A DNA stretch of 64,000 nt from Ignavibacteriales bacterium. GTDB lineage: Bacteria > Bacteroidota > Ignavibacteria > UBA10030 > UBA8401. Within the stretch, counting starts at the first letter, position 1. Every line of letters starts with the position of its first letter. The notes under the pieces are model-generated. The model saw only the letters and a program-made list of their open reading frames with translations, was not told the DNA's origin and searched no databases. The stretch is from contig JAPLFO010000148.1 in the NCBI GenBank assembly GCA_026390635.1, forward strand, positions 124,080 to 188,079, read 5' to 3'. Both the position numbers and the translations under genes were made by a program. Below, piece by piece: positions 48,480-57,632 of the stretch.

Positions 48480-49462
48480 GATGCCGTCCCCGCCGCGTCG
48501 CCGCCCAGCCCGGCTTTTACCAAATCGTGCAGATGTACCATTCCGACCGGTCGCTGCTTCTCATCAACAATCACAAGCTGCGTAATGTTGAATGATTCCA
48601 TTTCGTTCAACGCTGATGCTGCAAGCATTCCTTTTCGAATTGTTTTCGGATTCTTTGTCATAATGTGCTCTGCCGTTGCGGCAGAAACATCCGATGTCTT
48701 CTGAAGGAGCCGCCGCAAGTCACCGTCGGTCACGATGCCCTTGAGCAATCCCTGGGCGTCCACAACACATGTGGCGCCGAGCCGCTTTGATGTCATTTCC
48801 AGGATCGTGTCTTTCAACGATGACTCGAGCCGAACGACCGGAAACAGATCGCCGGAGACCATGAGTTCCTCGATCTTCAGCAGCAGACGCTTACCGATAT
48901 TGCCGCCGGGATGAAACATGGCAAAATCGTTTTCAGAAAAATTCCGCCGCTCGAGAAGCGCTACTGCAAGTGCATCCCCCATCGCGAGCGCCACCGTGGT
49001 GGATGTTGTCGGCGCCATCAAATGCGGACAGGCCTCCTCTTCCACAGACACATCCAGCACAATCTCCGACAACCGTGACAGCGGGGAATTCGTATTCCCC
49101 AGCATACCGATGATGGGAACACCGATGCGCTTGAACATGGGTATCAACTGGAGAATCTCTTTGGTATCGCCGCTCTTGGAGATAGCCACAACGACATCCT
49201 CGTCCCGCACCATTCCCAGATCGCCGTGAACCGCGTCGGATGGATGGAGAAAGAGCGCTGCCGTCCCCGTGGAATTCATCGTTGCAACAATTTTTTTTGC
49301 GATGATTCCTGATTTTCCCATGCCGGTAATGATGACACGCCCTTTGCATTCGACGATGAGTTCCACTGCACGCGCAAAGTTCCTATCAATTCTATCTTCC
49401 AGCGCTGCAACGGCTTTCGCCTCGATACGAATGACGGATTTCCCTTTTTCGATGTCTGTCAT
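48476..49462 (-). CDS. kdsD: Arabinose-5-phosphate isomerase (KpsF/GutQ)
   Basis: TGMGKSG, HGDLG, EEEACP..APTTST, FHPGG, CBS pair TDGDLRR. Confidence 0.95.
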   Translation of the reverse strand: MTDIEKGKSVIRIEAKAVAALEDRIDRNFARAVELIVECKGRVIITGMGKSGIIAKKIVATMNSTGTAALFLHPSDAVHGDLGMVRDEDVVVAISKSGDTKEILQLIPMFKRIGVPIIGMLGNTNSPLSRLSEIVLDVSVEEEACPHLMAPTTSTTVALAMGDALAVALLERRNFSENDFAMFHPGGNIGKRLLLKIEELMVSGDLFPVVRLESSLKDTILEMTSKRLGATCVVDAQGLLKGIVTDGDLRRLLQKTSDVSAATAEHIMTKNPKTIRKGMLAASALNEMESFNITQLVIVDEKQRPVGMVHLHDLVKAGLGGDAAGTAS

Positions 49463-49469
49463 TTTTTTT

Positions 49470-49576
49470 GCCACCGAGAACACCGAGGACACAGAGAAAA
49501 CTCATTCTCTCTCTGCGTCGAGCATCTTTCGACACTCTGAAAGCAAACTCTCTGTGTTCTCTGTGACCTCTGTGGC
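49470..49576. repeat. Inverted-repeat element built of 9-bp periodic units
   Basis: gccaccgagaacaccgaggacacagaga ... tctctgtgttctctgtgacctctgtggc. Confidence 0.8.
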
Positions 49577-49599
49577 TGTTTATGTTTTTTTCATTGATC

Positions 49600-50424
49600 T
49601 TATTTATGTTCAATCATCAAAGCATCGATTGCCAGCACCTGCTTCAACAACTCATCAAGTTTATCGAGCGGAAGTTGACTGGCAGCATCGCTGAGCGCCC
49701 GTGCAGGATCCGGATGCGTCTCGATAAACAGTGCATCGATGCCGACGGCGGCACCGGCACGGGCAATCGGGAAAATGAATTCCGGCTGTCCACCGCTCAT
49801 TCCGCTTCCCGCGCCCGGAAGCTGAACGGCATGCGTCGCATCCAGTACCACCGGATATCCCAGGGAGCGCATGATCGGCAACGAACGTACATCGACAACC
49901 AGGTTGTGATATCCAAACGATGCACCGCGTTCCGTAGCCATGATGGCGGTATTTCCTGTCGCGGCGACTTTTTCAATGGGATGTTTCATGTCTTCCGGTG
50001 CAAGAAATTGTCCTTTTTTGATATTGACAATCCTGCCGGTTTTTCCCGCTGCATACAACAGATCCGATTGACGGCAAAGAAATGCCGGTATTTGCAGCAC
50101 GTCTGCCACTTCGGCGGCGACTGCGGCCTCTTCGGGAGAATGGATGTCTGTCAATATCGGCATCCCGAATGTAGATTTCACTTCTGCGAGAATTCTTAAC
50201 GCCTCATCCACGCCAAGACCGACAAATCCGGAATTGCTTGTTCTGTTCGCCTTCTTATAGGATGACTTAAAAATGACTTCAACAGAGAGTTTCTGCGCAA
50301 TGTTCTTGATTCTGTCAGCGGTGGAGAGAATCAGATCACGGCTTTCAACAACGCATGGACCGGCAATCAACACGAGCGGCTTTTTACCGCCAATGCTCAT
50401 ATTATTAAGTTGAATTACTCGCAT
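49600..50424 (-). CDS. kdsA: KDO8P synthase
   Basis: IAGPCVVES, KANRTS, QIPAFLCRQSDL, KKGQFLAP, DATHAVQ. Confidence 0.97.
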   Translation of the reverse strand: MRVIQLNNMSIGGKKPLVLIAGPCVVESRDLILSTADRIKNIAQKLSVEVIFKSSYKKANRTSNSGFVGLGVDEALRILAEVKSTFGMPILTDIHSPEEAAVAAEVADVLQIPAFLCRQSDLLYAAGKTGRIVNIKKGQFLAPEDMKHPIEKVAATGNTAIMATERGASFGYHNLVVDVRSLPIMRSLGYPVVLDATHAVQLPGAGSGMSGGQPEFIFPIARAGAAVGIDALFIETHPDPARALSDAASQLPLDKLDELLKQVLAIDALMIEHK

Positions 50425-50638
50425 ATGTGTTCCATTTTCTGCTGGACAATCCTCTTTGCGTTCTGGAGCCGCTACGAGACCCCGAATGCGTGACAGAGAA
50501 GAGCTAAGATATTAAAATAGTAATCTTTGCAGGGAAAGTAAAGGAAAGCAGCATTGCTTTAGGAATTGGAGTAAGCGGAAATTGCTCATTGCTGACGGGA
50601 AACGGTGCTTTTCATACGGCAGGAAATATCAATCGATA

Positions 50639-51388
50639 TCAACGGATTTTTTCTGAAAAGATCGAGTCTCTTCTCAACCCCATCTTTTCCAAGCGGAACT
50701 GTATCGCTGTCAGCACACAGCCGATTCCATATTTGAGGCTCCGACGGAAGTTGATCGACGACGCTTCAGGGAAATAGCGGGCCGGACAGGTTACCTCGCC
50801 GATTGTGAATCCGTGATAGAGGATCTGCGCAAGAATTTGATTGTCAAAAACGAAATCGTCGGAATTCTTTTCCCACGGCACCCCCTCCAAGACCCTTCGC
50901 GTGAAAGCACGATATCCTGTATGAAATTCTGAAAGTTTCGATGACATCATCAGGTTCTGTAAGAGCGTCAAGATCCGATTATTGATGTATTTATAGAGAG
51001 GCATACCTCCCTGCAACGCCTTGCCGCCCAGGATACGAGAGCCAAGCACCACATCAAACTCTCCGGACTCAAGCATGTACACCATCGCTGGAATCAGTTT
51101 TGGGGTATATTGATAATCGGGGTGAAGCATGATCACAATATCGGCTCCTCTTTTCAGAGCGGATTTGTAGCAGGTCTTTTGATTGCCGCCGTAACCGGTG
51201 TTTTTCTCATGAACAATGGTCGCAATGTTCAATTCGCGCGCAACGGCGACGGTTTGATCCGTGCTGGCATCATCTACAAGAATGACTTCATCTACGATAT
51301 CAAAGGGGATATCCGCATACGTATCGCGCAGGGTTTTTTCTGCGTTATAGGCAGGGAGAACGACGATGATTTTCTTTTCTCTGACCAT
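50639..51388 (-). CDS. GT2 glycosyltransferase (DPM1-like)
   Basis: VLPAYNAE, VDDASTD, GYGGNQK, LHPDYQY, EFHTGYRAF. Confidence 0.92.
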   Translation of the reverse strand: MVREKKIIVVLPAYNAEKTLRDTYADIPFDIVDEVILVDDASTDQTVAVARELNIATIVHEKNTGYGGNQKTCYKSALKRGADIVIMLHPDYQYTPKLIPAMVYMLESGEFDVVLGSRILGGKALQGGMPLYKYINNRILTLLQNLMMSSKLSEFHTGYRAFTRRVLEGVPWEKNSDDFVFDNQILAQILYHGFTIGEVTCPARYFPEASSINFRRSLKYGIGCVLTAIQFRLEKMGLRRDSIFSEKIR

Positions 51389-51566
51389 GCACACAAGATA
51401 TTGAAAAAGCGGGCCGCATTCAATTGTATCTTGATAATCAGCTGTAGATTGAGTCCGTGGGCCCGATCTGGCGCGATGCTGAGATATCACGGACAGATAC
51501 GGCTCGACTCCACAAAGTCGAGCTGCAATGTGCAGCGGATATATCAAAACCAGTAGGCCTTGAATC

Positions 51567-51595
51567 TTGAAGCTGGCCACATTTTTTGGTATATT
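51567..51595 (+). promoter_or_regulatory. Sigma70 promoter of prfC (near-leaderless transcript)
   Basis: TTGAAG-N17-TATATT ending 8 nt before ATG 51604. Confidence 0.5.
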
Positions 51596-51603
51596 ATATA
51601 ATT

Positions 51604-53202
51604 ATGAGCAAAATTACGCCCCGGCGCACGTTCGCCATTATCTCACACCCTGACGCGGGAAAAACCACACTCACAGAGAAATTTCTGCTGTACGGCGGTG
51701 CCGTACAGCTTGCGGGATCCGTCACGGCGAGAAGAAATCAGCGCGCCTCCACTTCCGACTGGATGGAACTGGAGCGAAAGCGAGGTATTTCGATCAGTTC
51801 GACTGTTTTGCAGTTCGATTACAACGGTTTTCGTGTTAATCTGCTGGACACGCCGGGCCACCAGGATTTTTCTGAAGATACATACCGCGTTCTGACCGCG
51901 GTGGATGCCGTTATCATGGTGATCGATGCGGCAAAAGGCATTGAGACGCAGACGCGAAAACTATTCGAAGTCTGTCATCGTCGCGGCATTCCTATTTTTA
52001 CATTCATCAACAAATTGGATCATCCGACCAAAGATCCGCTGGAACTGCTTGATGAGCTGGAACATGTGCTCGGCATTGGCGCCTATCCGATGAACTGGCC
52101 GATTGGGACGGGACAGCAATTTCACGGACTTTTTGACCGTCGAGGAAAGACGATCCATCTGTTTGAGCGTGTTTCAGGCGGCGAATACCGTGCGCCGGTG
52201 GAAATTTTCGGCCTGCACGACGAAAATATGCGCGAACATGTGGACGCCCGCGTCCTTGCAACTGCACAGGAAGAAATGTCGATGTTGGATGGTGCAGGTT
52301 TTTCATTCGACCAAGACGCAATTCTCACCGGCAGGCAAACACCGGTCTATTTCGGCAGCGCCAAAAACAATTTCGGCGTTCAATTATTACTGGATGGATA
52401 TTTAGGCTTCGCACCTGATCCCCAGCCGCGCAGAAGCGCGCAGGGATTCGTCCCGGCCGAGGAAGACGAGGCGTTCTCCGGATTCATCTTCAAGATTCAA
52501 GCGAACATGGACCCACGGCACCGGGATCGCATTGCATTTCTCCGCATCTGCTCCGGCTCTTTTTCGCGGGATATGTTTGCTATTCACGCCCGCACAGGCA
52601 AAAAGATTCGCTTGTCCAATGCAGCAAAGCTTTTCGGGCAGCAGCGGGAAACAGTGGAAGAGGGATTTCCAGGAGACATCATCGGGCTTGTCGGTCATGA
52701 TGATTTCGGCATTGGCGACACGCTGACAGTAGATCCGGCCATCGTGTATGATGAGATACCAAGATTTCCTCCGGAATGTTTTGCGCTGTTACACAGTCCC
52801 AACCCGGCCAACTACAAACGACTGCGCGATGGATTGGACCAATTGCTGCAGGAAGGTGTTGTGCAATCGTTTCAACTGCTCAATTCCGGTTCACGTACGC
52901 CTGTGCTGGCTGCTGTTGGTCCGCTGCAATTTGAGGTGGTACAGTACCGATTGGAAAACGAGTACGGAGCGACAACGCGTCTGGAGAACACCGACTGGAA
53001 ACTTGTTCGCTGGGTACATCCCGATACGGATCTGAAACAATTGTCCTCGAAACTGCTCCCGACAACCACATTTCTGGCAGAAGATGTTCTTAAGCAGCCG
53101 GCGATAATTTTTGCCAACGATTGGGCGCTGAACTATTTCCTTGAGCAGCACAAAGAAGTGAAGCTGTCGGACGAACCATGGCCGGAAGAAAGCCAAAAGT
53201 GA
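51604..53202 (+). CDS. prfC: Peptide chain release factor 3
   Basis: RRTFAIISHPDAGKTT, SDWMELE..RGIS, DTPGHQDFSEDTYR, FKIQANMDP.HRDR, VGPLQFEV. Confidence 0.97.
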   Translation: MSKITPRRTFAIISHPDAGKTTLTEKFLLYGGAVQLAGSVTARRNQRASTSDWMELERKRGISISSTVLQFDYNGFRVNLLDTPGHQDFSEDTYRVLTAVDAVIMVIDAAKGIETQTRKLFEVCHRRGIPIFTFINKLDHPTKDPLELLDELEHVLGIGAYPMNWPIGTGQQFHGLFDRRGKTIHLFERVSGGEYRAPVEIFGLHDENMREHVDARVLATAQEEMSMLDGAGFSFDQDAILTGRQTPVYFGSAKNNFGVQLLLDGYLGFAPDPQPRRSAQGFVPAEEDEAFSGFIFKIQANMDPRHRDRIAFLRICSGSFSRDMFAIHARTGKKIRLSNAAKLFGQQRETVEEGFPGDIIGLVGHDDFGIGDTLTVDPAIVYDEIPRFPPECFALLHSPNPANYKRLRDGLDQLLQEGVVQSFQLLNSGSRTPVLAAVGPLQFEVVQYRLENEYGATTRLENTDWKLVRWVHPDTDLKQLSSKLLPTTTFLAEDVLKQPAIIFANDWALNYFLEQHKEVKLSDEPWPEESQK

Positions 53203-53306
53203 AAAGGAAAAAGGCTAAAGTGGGGAAGATCTTTTTTTCCGCCGGATGAACAAGAAGAATGTATTTTCTCTGCAAGCGCTATATTTCGGATGCAGGAGGC
53301 AATTCC

Positions 53307-54836
53307 ATGATGGAAAAACTCAAGAATAGAGATTTTCAAATTATAGCCCTCCTTGCAGGCGCAAAACTGCTGATTCACTTTTTATTCAATGGCGGCTATG
53401 GTGTTTTCCGGGATGAGTTCTATTATCTCGCCTGCGGCGAGCACCTGGCTTTTGGATATGTCGATCATCCGCCGCTGATCGCCCTGATTGCAAAGAGTAT
53501 GCGGCTTATTCTTGGCGATTCTCTTTTTGCCATTCGATTCCTGCCGGCCATCGCCGGAGCACTTGTTGTTTTCTTCACGGGGCTGCTCGTTCGCCGCATG
53601 GGTGGCGGACGGGTACCAGCCATTGCCGCCTGCCTCGCCGTTATCTTCTCCCCCGTCTATCTTGCCAGCGGTAATTTCCTCTCGATGAATGTATTCGACC
53701 AATTGTTCTGGACAATCGCATTCTATCTGATTGCGCTCATCTTGACGGAGGAAAAACGATTGTACTGGATTCTCCTGGGAATCGTCATCGGCGTCGGTTT
53801 CGAAAACAAGATTTCCATTCTCTTCCTTCTGTTCGGAGTTGGGATCGGCCTGGTGTTGACCGACCGCCGCCGCCTTATCCTGAGAAATGACTTCTGGATC
53901 GCAGCCATCATTGCACTGCTGATTTCCCTCCCGCACATTCTCTGGCAAATTGCAAAGGGATTCCCAACACTCGAGTTTATAGACAACGCTGCACAACAGA
54001 AGAACATCCGGCTTAATCCGATGCAGTTTCTTTCCGGCCAATTGATGGACACGGCTATTGTGGGATTGCTGCTGCTGATTCTTGGAATCCTTTTTTTCTT
54101 TTTCTCAAAAAACGGGAAACCATTCCGCGTGTTCGGGTGGACATATGTTGCGATTCTGCTGCTCTTCTTGGCAACACATGCCAAGACGTACTATATTGCT
54201 CCGTTGTATCCGCTGATGTTCGCGGCCGGATGCATCTACGCTGGAGAACTGTCGGCACGGCGATGGATGCGCCCTTTGGTGTCTGGAGTCATCGCCGTGA
54301 TTATTTTCCTTGGCGCCCTTGGAGCCCCTTTCTGCCTTCCCATTCTCTCACCCGAGTCATTCTTACGCTATTCTGCCGCGCTTGGCGTTACCGTGCAGCA
54401 GTCGGAGCGGCACCAGCCCACGCCGCTTCCGCAGCATTTTGCCGATATGTTTGGATGGGAAAATATGACATTGCGCGTGGCCCGGGTGTACTATTCGCTG
54501 CCAGACAGTGTAAGGACGCACTGCGGCATTTATGTGCAGAACTACGGTCAAGCCGGCGCACTTGATTTCTTTGGAAAATCACTGGGCCTTCCACCCGTTC
54601 TCTGCGGGCATAACAACTACTGGTATTGGACAGAAGGACTTGAACGCTATAACAGTATCATTATTCTCGGGGGCGACATTGAAGATTATAAAAAAGTCTT
54701 TGATCAAGTACTCGTTGTCGATGTTGTGACACACCCGTATGTCATGCCCTATGAGAACAATCTGCAAATTTTTATCTGTCGCGGTTTAAGACTACCGCTC
54801 AAAGAGATAATGAAGGGGACACGGCATTTCATCTAG
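53307..54836 (+). CDS. GT-C membrane glycosyltransferase (PMT_2/ArnT-like)
   Basis: RDEFYYLAC..LAFGYVDHPPL, multiple TMs, NYGQAGA, HNNYWYW; GGAGG RBS. Confidence 0.88.
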   Translation: MMEKLKNRDFQIIALLAGAKLLIHFLFNGGYGVFRDEFYYLACGEHLAFGYVDHPPLIALIAKSMRLILGDSLFAIRFLPAIAGALVVFFTGLLVRRMGGGRVPAIAACLAVIFSPVYLASGNFLSMNVFDQLFWTIAFYLIALILTEEKRLYWILLGIVIGVGFENKISILFLLFGVGIGLVLTDRRRLILRNDFWIAAIIALLISLPHILWQIAKGFPTLEFIDNAAQQKNIRLNPMQFLSGQLMDTAIVGLLLLILGILFFFFSKNGKPFRVFGWTYVAILLLFLATHAKTYYIAPLYPLMFAAGCIYAGELSARRWMRPLVSGVIAVIIFLGALGAPFCLPILSPESFLRYSAALGVTVQQSERHQPTPLPQHFADMFGWENMTLRVARVYYSLPDSVRTHCGIYVQNYGQAGALDFFGKSLGLPPVLCGHNNYWYWTEGLERYNSIIILGGDIEDYKKVFDQVLVVDVVTHPYVMPYENNLQIFICRGLRLPLKEIMKGTRHFI

Positions 54837-54873
54837 TCGGACTGACGAGGGATTCTCCGGTTTATCCTTTGTC

Positions 54874-54931
54874 GTCACGACTTCGCTGGACGACCACATT
54901 CCCGCCGGTCACCGAGCGGAACCGAAGCGAC
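54874..54931. repeat. Solo doublet of the GIY-YIG-flanking repeat
   Basis: cccgccggtcaccgagcg (54901-54918) is identical to 41968-41985 and is preceded by a degenerate reverse unit cgtcacgacttcgctggacgacc. Confidence 0.7.
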
Positions 54932-55070
54932 TGTGGCTGTCGTCAACTCACCATTTGAATTGCCATTGTGCGTTATCGATGGACATCGGCTCAAATGGTA
55001 TCTATTGGGCATATTTTTCGGGAACGCAAAGTGCTACAGCAGAGTCTAATAGAAACAAATGGAGAATGAT

Positions 55071-55928
55071 ATGAATACGTTTAAAACATATTTTTTGATG
55101 ACATTGCTTACCGTACTTGTTGTTTTAGCCGGCGACTTGCTGGGAGGTCAGGGCGGGATGATGATGGCTTTTCTGTTTGCGATCGCTATGAATTTTGGCA
55201 GCTACTATTTCAGCGACAAGATCGTTCTGCGGATGTACGGAGCCCGGGAAGTAACAGAGGGAGAAAATCCACAGCTCTACCGTATTACGCGGGAACTGGC
55301 ACAACGGGGCGGCATACCGATGCCTAAATTATACATCATCAACGGCGATCAGCCCAACGCATTTGCTACCGGACGCAATCCCGAACACGCTGCGGTTGCT
55401 GTCACTGAAGGAATCCAGCGCTTGCTTACTCCTGAAGAACTTCGAGGAGTGATCGGCCATGAGTTGGGACATGTAATGCATCGGGACATTCTTATCGGGA
55501 CGATTGCAGCCACCTTCGCCGGCGCCATCACCATGCTGGCACACATGGCGCAGTGGGCAATGATATTCGGCGGCGGCCGCTCTCGTGATGATGACGAAGG
55601 AAGCAATCCGATCGTCGCGATCGCAATGATCATTGTCGCACCGTTGGCTGCAATGCTGATTCAGATGGCAATTTCCCGTTCGCGTGAATTCATGGCAGAT
55701 GAAGAGGGGGCGCGACTGGCTGCGAATCCTCTGTTGCTTGCCAGCGCACTTCGCAAACTGCAAATGAAAGCAGAGGAGATTCCGATGGACGCATCTCCAT
55801 CCACTGCTCACATGTTCATTGTTAATCCGCTCAGCGGCGGGGGAATTGCAAAGCTCTTCTCCACCCATCCGCCGATGGAAGAAAGGGTCGCACGATTGGA
55901 AGCAATGGTGTATGGGGGAACCAAATAG
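55071..55928 (+). CDS. htpX: Zinc metalloprotease HtpX
   Basis: [31 protein letters not shown]. Confidence 0.96.
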   Translation: MNTFKTYFLMTLLTVLVVLAGDLLGGQGGMMMAFLFAIAMNFGSYYFSDKIVLRMYGAREVTEGENPQLYRITRELAQRGGIPMPKLYIINGDQPNAFATGRNPEHAAVAVTEGIQRLLTPEELRGVIGHELGHVMHRDILIGTIAATFAGAITMLAHMAQWAMIFGGGRSRDDDEGSNPIVAIAMIIVAPLAAMLIQMAISRSREFMADEEGARLAANPLLLASALRKLQMKAEEIPMDASPSTAHMFIVNPLSGGGIAKLFSTHPPMEERVARLEAMVYGGTK

Positions 55929-56026
55929 GCGGCCGCCACACTGTCCGATACAACTTGTCCAACAAATTCAAAAAGCGCAAAGCTGTTCTTCTTTGCGCTT
56001 TTCCATGATCTGCACATACAGTCCTA

Positions 56027-56152
56027 TTACCTCAACACAAATTCCCCAATAACCGGACAATGATCGGAGGTATTCGTCGGGACCACGGTGATGCGGACGG
56101 GAAGCAGAGTCGAAGTCTTGAAGATAAAAATGCGGACACAGTCGGATGTCGC
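56027..56152 (-). pseudogene. 3' remnant of an endonuclease/exonuclease/phosphatase (EEP) gene
   Basis: Reads ..RIFIFKTSTLLPVRITVVPTNTSDHCPVIGEFVLR*, with the SDHxPV EEP terminus; in-frame stop just upstream. Confidence 0.5.
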
Positions 56153-56224
56153 TCATTGCTTTCAATAGCAAAACAAGGATCCTGAAGAAGAAGACGATGA
56201 ACCTTGTACAAATCAATGTATGAA

Positions 56225-56252
56225 CCGCTCCGGTGCGCAAACGCCGGAGCGG
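56225..56252 (-). terminator. GC-rich hairpin downstream of the DinB-family gene
   Basis: ccgctccggtg-cgcaaa-cgccggagcgg; weak U tract. Confidence 0.45.
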
Positions 56253-56279
56253 CCATACAAAGGATACTCAGAAAGCCTT

Positions 56280-56780
56280 TTACTCCGGCGCTTTCATATT
56301 ATATTGCGCCCATTCTTCTTTTGCCGGTCCATACACACCGGGCACTTTCAGTCCGGCCTGACGCATCAGAACTGTCATTTGCGCACGATGATGGATTTCA
56401 TGCACGATCAGCGAGGAAAGTGCTTTGCTCCTTGTCCATTTTTCGCCGTACATTTCAATTTCTTCCGCTAGGCCGGCATCGCTCCATGATGCCTTGACAG
56501 AATTTCCCAATGCCACAGCCACGCTGCGATAGGTGGAGACAATTTTTCCCGCTGTATCCGGAATTGGGGCTTTTTCAACCGACGCCGAAAACTTCAACCC
56601 GGCCTGTGTTCCCATCTCACCGAGTGTCTGCACGAGATGCCAGGCAAGAGAACCCAGTGAACGGCCATCGGGTGACACCTTCTGGCTCAGGGACGCATCC
56701 GTCAATGCCGACAGAACTTTGAGTGTGCTCTCGCTCTCAGATGTCCATTCGGCGATGAACTCGGAAATTGTGTGATACAT
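56280..56780 (-). CDS. DinB/YfiT-family protein
   Basis: RSLGSLAWHL, HEIHHRAQMTVLMRQAGLKVPGVYGP; AGGAGG RBS. Confidence 0.92.
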   Translation of the reverse strand: MYHTISEFIAEWTSESESTLKVLSALTDASLSQKVSPDGRSLGSLAWHLVQTLGEMGTQAGLKFSASVEKAPIPDTAGKIVSTYRSVAVALGNSVKASWSDAGLAEEIEMYGEKWTRSKALSSLIVHEIHHRAQMTVLMRQAGLKVPGVYGPAKEEWAQYNMKAPE

Positions 56781-56838
56781 GACTCCTCCTGTTTTATTGA
56801 AGCGTGAACATCGACAGCAGTGAACCCCGATTTTGGCA

Positions 56839-57528
56839 TTACTTCATCACACTGAGTGTCCGCATAATTTCTGCGGCAACAAGCCTATTGCATTCTTTGT
56901 TCAAATGAACCCTGTCTGTTGTCAGAATCCCCTTCTCCGCATTGGCCGGATTGTGCTGTCGCTCATATGCCGAAAAGGCAGCACGAAGATCACACAGCGG
57001 AATACCGATTTCCGCGGCCACCGATCGGCCTACATCGGCATAGTCATTCAGCGATTGATCCTGCGGATTGAATCCGTCCTTCTTCTCTCCAATCACGCTC
57101 GGCGTACAGAGCACTACTTTTGCTCCTGTCGTTCGAATAGACTGGATGATCTCTCTCAGAACGAGGGCAAACGTGTCTTTCGGCGTTCCGCGGAGATTCG
57201 GCAGTGCAGAGTGCCACACATCATTGATGCCGATATAGACAACCACGATCGTCGGCTGTTTCTCCAGGACGTCTTTGGAGAGGCGCCGTTGAAGATCTGT
57301 CACCTTATTCCCGCTGATGCCCGCATTGATGACCGCCGACCCTTCAATCGCCGTGCCGCGCAATAAGCTGTCCCGTATCAAAGCAACATAGCCGCCGGGA
57401 CGTTCACCAAGCTGCGTAATCGAATCGCCGAAGAAGACAATACGTTGCGATTCGCGAATGGCTTCTTTCACAGAGCTGCAACCAACGAGCAGTAATAGCA
57501 ACACTATCATTTTGCAATTCATGTTCAT
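56839..57528 (-). CDS. SGNH/GDSL hydrolase lipoprotein
   Basis: Lipobox LVGC, FGDSIT, NAGISG, GIND, DRVH. Confidence 0.9.
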   Translation of the reverse strand: MNMNCKMIVLLLLLVGCSSVKEAIRESQRIVFFGDSITQLGERPGGYVALIRDSLLRGTAIEGSAVINAGISGNKVTDLQRRLSKDVLEKQPTIVVVYIGINDVWHSALPNLRGTPKDTFALVLREIIQSIRTTGAKVVLCTPSVIGEKKDGFNPQDQSLNDYADVGRSVAAEIGIPLCDLRAAFSAYERQHNPANAEKGILTTDRVHLNKECNRLVAAEIMRTLSVMK

Positions 57529-57632
57529 CCCACCCCTGTCGGGGCACTGTATAGCTTCTTTCGAACCAAGCAGGTGGCCAACTACAAGTACCTTCAATAG
57601 GACGGCTCCGCTCGGCGTCCGGCGAACCGAAT

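Noticed and set aside
55004-55050. Possible CIRCE upstream of htpX (aaagtgcta)
   Set aside because: Only a partial right arm; no matching left arm at 9-nt spacing.
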